DNA from: Leucoraja ocellata | Lineage: Eukaryota | DNA length: 64,000 bases | Assembly: GCA_036785375.1 (NCBI GenBank) | Contig: JAWMAR010000711.1 | Location: 496,001-560,000 of the forward strand | Direction: 5' to 3' | Shown here: positions 55,531-64,000 of the stretch, piece by piece | Numbering within the stretch: position 1 is the first letter of the stretch | Layout: every line of letters starts with the position of its first letter | The notes under the pieces: generated by a model | What the model saw: the letters and a program-made list of their open reading frames with translations, nothing else | Database searches by the model: none | Told to the model about the DNA's origin: nothing | Position numbers and translations under genes: made by a program

Positions 55531-56270
55531 AAGTACAATAATTCATTTTCCAGCATCTGGGCAAGGCTGGTAAGGCCATCATTTATTGACCATCACGCTT
55601 GAGAAGGTGGTATGGAAGAAATTTCTTGACCTGCTCCAGTCAGGTAAGGTAGTGTTAGGTAAAGGCACTGTTGGGTAGTGAACTTCATAATCCACCCAGT
55701 GAAGGAACAACAATATACTTCCAACTGTGTAACATGGATAAGAACCAGCAGGTGTTCTCATGCATCTGTGAACCTTGTCCTTCTTGGTAGAGATCACAGT
55801 TTTGGTAAGTTCTGTCAGGGCCGAATGGTGCATTTTCCAGATGGTACATGCCACAACCATTCTGCATGAATGCTGGAGGGAATGAAAGTTAGGTAGCTGA
55901 TGTAGTGTTCATTAAGCAGGCCTGTTCACAGCATTGTAGTTTCACTCATCCAGAGTATTCTATCACACCTTTGATTTGTCGATGGTGGAACCATTCTGAA
56001 ATATCAGGACATGAGTCACTATCACAGAACACCCTACTTCTGATCTCCCCTTGTAGCCATGGTATCATGTGGCCAGTCCGGTGGAATGTGCGGTCAATGG
56101 TGGCCACCAGGATGTTGATGGTGAGGGATTGAGGAATAATAAGTCCACTGAAGATCAAAGATATGAGGCTAGAGTTTCCCTTTTAGGGGATTGTCACCGT
56201 ATAACTACATAATTATGGTGTTATACTTATCAGCACATGACTGAACATTGTTTAGATCTTGCTGTATGTA

Positions 56271-56983
56271 AAGGGGCTGTCCCACTTGGGCAACCTAATC
56301 CGTGAGTTAAGAAGAGTGTCTTCAACCTTCAAGCTTGAGGGCACTCGCCTGGAAAGCCTTGAGCTGGATTGACCGTCCGCATTGAAACCGCGAGCTGGAT
56401 CGACCGACCCTACACACACATTGCAAAGGCGGGGGACAGGGAAAGCGGGGGAGCGCCGTCTGCGCAATGAAAAGGAAGGTAAACGACTGCTACAGTGTAT
56501 GGTAAGTCCTTTAGAGAGTGCGGAGGGGGAGGGGGGAGAGAAGGGGAGAGAGGGGGAGAGAGAAGGAGTGGAGACACTTTTAAGAAGTATAATAAAGTTT
56601 AGCGGGCATTTTACCTACTGGTAGGTCTTCTTTGGTCCTGAGAACTCCAATGAGCCAATCAAAATGCCCGGTCAGTGAAGGAGATTGCCTATGGCTGCCC
56701 TCGACTGCCTGTAACTAAATAGCGACCCCACTCCACTGCACTACGAGTTAAAAAGAACCATGCCGACCAAATTTTACTCGCGGAAAAATTTTCAACATGC
56801 TGAAAATTTTTCCGTGACCTAGATGAGGCCACGAGTATTCGGGAACTTCCCTCGAGCATGAAGGAGAGTTCCAGTGACCTCATATGACCTCCTAGGACCA
56901 CGTGTCGACCATGCTGCGAGTTTGAAGGTCGAAGACACTCTTCTAAACTCGCAGATTAGGTCGTCCAAGTGGGACAGCCTCTT
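56271..56983. mobile_element. Non-autonomous DNA transposon (MITE), ~65-bp imperfect TIRs, TA on both flanks
   Basis: Left end aaggggctgtcccacttgggcaacctaatccgtgagtt, right end aactcgcagattaggtcgtccaagtgggacagcctctt; no transposase ORF. Confidence 0.85.
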
Positions 56984-57779
56984 TAGAGTTCTGGCCTGAG
57001 GAACACCTGTAGTGATGCCCTGGACTAGAATAATTCACATCCAATGGCCACAGTCATCTTCTTTTATGAAAGAATAATTTATACTGCTGGAGTGTTTTCC
57101 CATTGTTGCCAACTGGTCATAGCTTCCTGATGCACACTTGATCAAATGTTACCTTGATAACATGGATAATAACTCTCAATTCTCCTTGGGAATTCTGCTC
57201 TTTGGGCCTTATTTGGGCCTGGAGACACATGCTCCTGGTGAAACAAGTGCCATTTGATAGCACTGTGTGTGATTATTTCCATCATTTTGTTGTTGATTGA
57301 GTCATCACTGCTGGGCATTAATCCAGGTATTTCTCACCCAAATGCACTATGGCAGTACCTTCACCAGAGGATCTCTGGCAGTTCCAGACAGTGTCTCATT
57401 ACCACCTATTCAAAGGCAATTTAAGGATGCTTGCATTGACTGGATCTCAAAATATGTTTTAAAAAAATCACTGAAATGCAGCATGCAGATTAGAGTTGGA
57501 CAGGACCTGAATAAATGCATCACGTTTGGATTGGATACCAGAAAAAATTCCAAGTGCTACCTTGTGATCAGGTCTGCGCAGACCACTAATGACAATGTAA
57601 AATTGAAAGTGACCCAGCTAATACTCATGGTACCGCAAAAGAAAATGGTGAAATGTAAGATGCGAACCAATACTGGTGATTTTCTGGTTAAGAGGTGGGA
57701 AGACTGGAGCAGTTGGATGACACAGAAATATTGAAATACATGGAGGTATGGAATACCTTTGTCGCAGCATGGCAATTCA

Positions 57780-57938
<159 letters not shown>

Positions 57939-58149
57939 TCATCAGTTCAGAAGGGCATGAGTATTTTGAAAAGAAAGTCCATTGATTTCAACAAGTCCTC
58001 CCCATCTATTTTATATTATTCAAATCAGATATGCTTCAGTGAGCTTTCAGAACCCACTCGTTTTTCCGGTTTCAAAGCACTGCTCTCTAACGGATTCCTA
58101 ATTTTGGTGACTAGGCAACTGCTTTGCCGAACACTTGCCCTCTGTCCAC

Positions 58150-58830
58150 CAGGACCAGTTGGACTTTTCGTTTGTTGGGCTCTTCAATTTCCCTTCACAT
58201 TCCCATGACATCCTGTCTATCCTCAGCTTTCTCCTCTGTAAAAACCACCTTATATTCTGTTTGGATAGACTATAATCCTACGGCATTTACAATGAATTCT
58301 CCAGTTTAAGGTAAACTCATGCCCCCACCCCCCTCCTCTGAGCTACGCAGTTTTCCCTATCTCCCAACTGCACAGAGCCCTCCTCTTCCTTTTCCATCTG
58401 CTCAGCACCCACACCTCCATACTCCGAGTCCCCCAGTTTTCATCCCCCCCATTCCCTATACCATCCCTCCCTCTGGTTCTATTTTTCACCCCCACTTTCT
58501 TTTCCTCTCAGATTCCACCCATTAGATCCCTTTGTCTTCTCTACTTATCGCCTCCAGCCTTGGTTACTATTTTCACTCTTCTCTCCCCCACCTGACATCT
58601 ACTAAGTAACCCCTCTTCCTATTACAGCCAATCTATCACTTACTCCTATTCCATCCCTTCACCACACTTCTTTCTACCAGCTAACTCCATTTTACTCTAT
58701 CAGTCTTGGGAACAGTTGTGATCTGGAATGCTGCCTATCCATTTCCCTTCACATATGCAGCCTGACCCGCTGAGTTCCTCCCACAGTCTATCTTTTGCTC
58801 CAGATTCCAGCATTAGCGGTCTCTTGTGTC
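58150..58830 (+). mobile_element. Highly degenerate Penelope-like 3' end
   Basis: Decayed GIY-YIG tail 'caccttatattctgtttggatagactataatcc', pyrimidine-rich spacer, then the terminal 'gcctgacccgctgagttcctcc' motif shared with other copies. Confidence 0.55.
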
Positions 58831-59489
58831 TCCTATTTTTGGAAAATGTTTTATCTGGCATCCTGCCTCTTGAAACTTGAAACCATTATTGAAGTAAAAC
58901 AAAGTCTGACTGCATTAAGTTTTAGAATTGCCTTCACAATCTGAGCCCAATTTACTTAACCTTCATTCCTGACACACCAAGCAAACTACATTGTGTAAAT
59001 AAATACCTTTCAAGAACAAAAATCTTACTCACAATTGTAAGACCAGAACAATGCACATTATTCCACTGGCTAACAGCCGTTTGAAATCATTGAATTTATT
59101 AAATAGAAAGCATCGCAAAAGTGAAATTACAGAGCTAACCACAGAGTTAGGTTATTTTATGTTTCAGTTATCTTCAATATATTGCTCATAATTCTAAACA
59201 TTTTTTTTCAAAATTACCAAGAAATTAAAGTGGTACCCCTAGTTGAGAGAATTGGAGAGGACAGTATATTGGGCTTGTCTTCTTCAGAGAAGAGGTTACT
59301 CTTCTGTATATAGTGGTAAAGAACACATTACCGATAATGGGCAGAATAAGATAACAATAAGAGCTACTTAAAAATGGGAAAGAAATGTTAATCAACCGTT
59401 CTCAGTTTTTCTATTGTTATTACAACGTTTAACCTTAATTCCTAAAAGAGCTAGACTTATCATGAGGAAGTCAGGTCTGCCTAATCTGT

Positions 59490-60460
59490 TTCATAGATCT
59501 GGCATGTTCTGCAGTAGAGATGGACATACAGGAAGGAAAGAAGGAGAATGAGACTGGGTAGGTAGTAGAACCTTTTGTGAACAATGACTACAATTCAAAA
59601 AGCTCGATGGTAGACTACAGTAAGCTATGTAAAAGGACACGGTTGGGCCTAAATTTAAGGTCTTAAATTGGGGGACGATTGACTTAAAAAATAGAAGACA
59701 TGACTTGACAAGGGTAGAAAGGGAGCAACTGCTAGAAATCAAACTAACATCCAATAAATGGGAGGCGTTAAAAAGTGAAATAGTAAATGTTGCGAGAGAG
59801 GGTGTCTAAAACTAGAGGATACAGGTTTAAGAAGTAAAGATGGTAAGATTAGGCAACCAAAGGAAGTTGAGGGTTTGTTCTGGAAAAAGGAAGCGGATGT
59901 CAGGTACAGGTAATCAGTTCAGAAGGGCATGAACATTTTGAAAGATAAATTCAATTGAATCCAACAAGTCCACCCTATCCAGTGATGTCTATGAGATTTG
60001 TACGGACAAAAAGGAGGACATGAAATGTCTCTTTTGCAAAAATATTAGAAGAGAATAGTGGTGAAAGAATGGATTTCATCAGCAACCAATAAGGTCTTTA
60101 TGTGAAACCGGAGGACAAGTTTGGTGCCCTGAATGAATATTTCATGTTAGTATTCACCAGGGAGAAGGATAAAGGGGGGAGTCTGAAATTAGAGGGCACA
60201 GGTTTAAAGTGAGAAGGGAACATTTCAGGGAATTCTGAGGGGCAAATGTTTCACTTTGGGTGATGGGTATATGGATCAAGCTGCTTGAGGTGGTGGTAGA
60301 GCCTAATGTAATTACAGCAATGAAAAAGCAGTTGGGCAGGTACATGTACAGGAATGAATAGAGGTACATTTGCCAAATGCGAAATGGGATTAGTATAGGC
60401 AGGCAAACACGGTTGGCACATAGAAGATAGGCCAAAGAACCTGTTTCCATGCTGTCCGAC
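59490..60460 (+). mobile_element. Old fragmented CR1 LINE
   Basis: CR1 3'-end motif 'attagagggcacaggtttaaagtgagaaggg' at ~60190, with decayed endonuclease-region sequence upstream; approximate. Confidence 0.55.
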
Positions 60461-63400
60461 ACTTAAATAAGCAAAATATGTAGAAATGTAATCATTTTAC
60501 TCGCGAGGAATACCATAGAAGAAAAGAACATGAAACCATATGATTTTACCAATGTACAATTTAAATCAAATTAAATCAATTATGCAATAGAAAATCCAAG
60601 CAAAATTACTCTGGAATTCAAGATCATATGTTGAGGCAAAGATGTTGATGCATTTAAAGATACATTAAATAAATGCAGAAGGAAAGAACATGAAGGTATG
60701 CTGAAAGATGAATGAAGGGTCCAAGGAAGTTCATGTGGAGCCTCAACGTCATCACATACTGAATTCCCAAGTAGTTTACTTCTCTTTCATGCATGTTATG
60801 GAACAGTAATATGTAACTGTTTAATACAAAATTCTCCTAAGCTGTTCTACATTAATAAAGATCCTCAGCAGAGATGTGATCTCAGTTTCCATTTATTTCC
60901 CGATGACACCTCAGGTAATGGCTGCAGATGGAACCAACAAATGTCACTTTTGAAATAGAAAATAAAAGTGTTTTATTAGTGATCCCTGATGGCCTTATGA
61001 CAAATGGCCTCCTGCTGGAATGCAGACATTTCGCTGCGGTGCCACATTTGGTCATTCTTTATCTTATCAAGTGTAATTATTTTAAAACTTGCTAATTTCT
61101 GATATCTGCAAATTATTAATCCCCTTTTAAATATTTTATATATCTCATTTTTATATTTATGTATGCTTGAAAATGAACTCATACTGACAATACTGGTGAA
61201 TTCTACACTGTTGGGAGAAAATTGTGCGTGACTGAATAATTTTCTTTGGAACATTAGTTTGACTGCTGGATCAATGACATTCATTTGGGGGCACTGTGGA
61301 GATGTCCCAGAAATTATTATCAAGACAGCCTTTAGAAAAATCCATGTATACAATAAATTATTGGGTTTGTTTCTATGTTTGAAACTTAGTGTTGTCAGCT
61401 CCTATTAAATCGAGAAAATTAAACTCAGGCTTCCAAAAATATCCTTACTGGTTATAAACACTTGACAAACATAATCAAAACAAAAACAAGATTAATTACA
61501 AACACTCAAAAGTCATGCTTTTATGTTTTTTTACATGGAACCTAAAGAAACAGTTATAATTAAAAGAGAAATGCTCTTTTTGAGGTTTTTAAACAGCAAA
61601 GTGACAGATTACAAAGCCAAGAGCACTGGTAAGAACAGTTGCTCTCCATGGTGAGGTGAATGAAAGGGGTTGGAGACTGGGTACATAGGGTGACATAAGG
61701 CAGATGCAGATTATTAAACTTAAGAACCTAGTTAAAGTAATTCCAATTAAGCTTCCAAGTGAATGTGTCAGGGCTCAGAAATAGGCACAAATCTTCTGCC
61801 TTGCACTAACATAGAGTGTGGTAAAACTGCCGATTATACAGAAAAGCATTCTCTGTTATTGGTGTTGAAACCACTGGAAAGAAGTGATCTCACACTCTAA
61901 ATACAGTATGGTGGCCTGGAGCCAATGTTTAAACTTGAAGCATACAGTTTAAAAGGTTCTCAAATGGCCTGCTAACTGCTCTGAAGTTACTCGTGCTTTG
62001 AAACAGATTTCTATTCATATGTGAAAGTTTCCAATTCTATAAATCATTCTGGCAGTTGGAGATGAGTGAATAGAACTCTGGACACAGTTTCAGTAAACAT
62101 GCTTAAGCTCGCAATTTCCTTGGATCCTTCTAAGAAATATTTGCAATACTGGATTACTTCAACCAGTGTAAAATAAGAGTCGTTAAAGCACAAGTCAAGT
62201 TATTGCCTTGCTTTGCTATATTGCAACTTAAATTTTCCAGAAACAACAATCTGGTTATCCAATGGATGTTAACTTTTTTTGCTACATCTGGTTATTTATG
62301 GCTTTTTAGATTAACTCATTCATGTCAAAATATTTTATTTCTGTGTAGGACTACTTCCTACTGATTATAGTTTGAATAATAATAATCACCAATTTTTTTC
62401 CCCCAATTAGGAGTCTTTTCATTGTATTATAATTGCACAAAAGAGTAACTGGGTAGAATGCTGATCTGCAAAATTCAATGATAAAATTGGTTCCATTTTA
62501 TTCAGACTTTCCATTGTTCCAGAGCCTTCAGTCTCTAGTTAAAAAATCAACAGTGCAAAGAAAATTTAGCTTTTGAACCAGAACTCAATTCATACAATTG
62601 TCCAAGTTTTCAATAATTTCCAATTTGGATTTGTTGTGAATATACATCAAAAAAGTCTGTCTAAAAGATATCGTGGAATAGTTTTTGGAACTTAAATCAA
62701 CATGGTGGTTTGACATCAATTGCTCACTGCAATGGTATTAATATTTTTAACTTTGGTTATCAAAAATTACAGCATGATCTTTATCGGTTGGGCTGAGGAA
62801 TAATAAATGGAGTTTAATGTAGATAAATGCGAGGTGTTGCATTTTGTGAAGTCAACTAATTGTAAAGTAAAACACTGACGTTACTATGATTGCTATCTGA
62901 TTGAGTCAAGTAGCAAGACATAAATAAAAATAAAATATATTTGATTTAATCAGACGGATCAATTTAGACAGGGAAGGACTGTTGTATACACAGAGCACAA
63001 TATAGCCAGTGCTTTGAAAACTGTGTGAGCCAAATTATATATTGGTGATATCTTCACGTTGGCATCTTTAGACCCATTTGATCAGCGGATGATGGGTTAA
63101 TAATAATTACTAACCCTTCAAACTGAAGAATAATATCAGCATTAATTTTCAGGATGTTTAGAAAAATTCCAAGTGTACAAGGGTAGCCCTTTACAGAGAA
63201 CAGATTCAGGCCAAATTTCAACCTTGGCCAAATCTTGACCCAGTCTCAGTTTCTTATTGAACATCAATAGAGACCCTGCCCATTGCATTCAATAGCACTG
63301 TTAGGACAAGTTGTTGTGAATTCAGTTGCAGAGGTAAGTTTATTGCGTGAAGCAAGACACAAAGTACTGAAGCAACCCTTTGAAAGAAGGGTCCCAATCT

Positions 63401-63544
63401 GAAATGTCCCTATCTATGTTCTCCAGAGATGCTGCCTGACCTGCTGAGTTGCTCCAGTAAATCAGCATCTGCAATTTCTTCTGTCTCATAAGCTCCATCA
63501 ATATACAAGCTATGATTTCCATCAATATTTTTGTTGTTACATAC

Positions 63545-63638
63545 CTGTTTCTCCCCAAAGGGTATCAAAACTGTTAATCTGAGCTCGTTCTACTTCTTCT
63601 TCATCTTTTTCAGGCAGATCCAATAAATAAGAGACAAT
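63545..63638 (-). CDS. TANC2: TANC2 internal coding exon ([31 protein letters not shown]), ankyrin region; gene continues beyond the window
   Basis: Manual translation; acceptor catttcag|ATT, donor ACAG|gtatgt; 94 nt ending in phase 1, which fits the next exon. Confidence 0.93.
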
Positions 63639-64000
63639 CTGAAATGAAGTTCAAAAGAATATTACAAGAATGAGATTGATTTGTTTCTGACTTTTGTGTG
63701 TCATATTTTGCATTATCTAATAAAAGGGTTTGCAGATAAAAGATTTTCTGTGCTAACCTCCATCAAGGTGTTTTGGTTCACCAATGATTTGTGCCACAAA
63801 GCAAAAAAGCACCAAAATCTCATCTCAACATTTCAGTACTTGGCAGAAGCAGACCAAAATTCACCCGTTCAAATTGAGTTTCAAGAAATCCCATAAGATT
63901 CTTGGCTAAAATACATCAGGGAAAGATGCCTCAAATATATCTTTCCAAAATGCAACTTTGCGTATCATTCCAAAATCCCATCTAGTGCAGTGATGGACAG

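Overview
Eukaryotic genomic DNA. The repeat families suggest a cartilaginous fish, probably a skate or ray (inference). The window holds the 3' part of TANC2 (TPR/ankyrin/coiled-coil postsynaptic scaffold) on the minus strand. I reconstructed ten coding exons by hand between 63638 and 19778; all introns are GT-AG and the phases are consistent. They encode ankyrin repeats, TPR repeats, a polyQ tract, an S/P-rich tail and the C-terminal PDZ ligand ESNV. One exon is a 30-nt microexon (GCQTLPSRPR, 39681-39710) missing from the ORF track, preceded by a 152-nt AG-free zone. A long, nearly repeat-free AT-rich putative 3' UTR (~14750-19777) carries several Pumilio and miR-25/92 motifs. The rest is intron or intergenic DNA with CR1 LINE, Penelope-like, tRNA-SINE and non-autonomous DNA transposon remnants, often nested. 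I see no prokaryotic system, CRISPR array or recognisable RNA gene, and no convincing wholly novel system. The best leads concern splicing and 3' UTR regulation.
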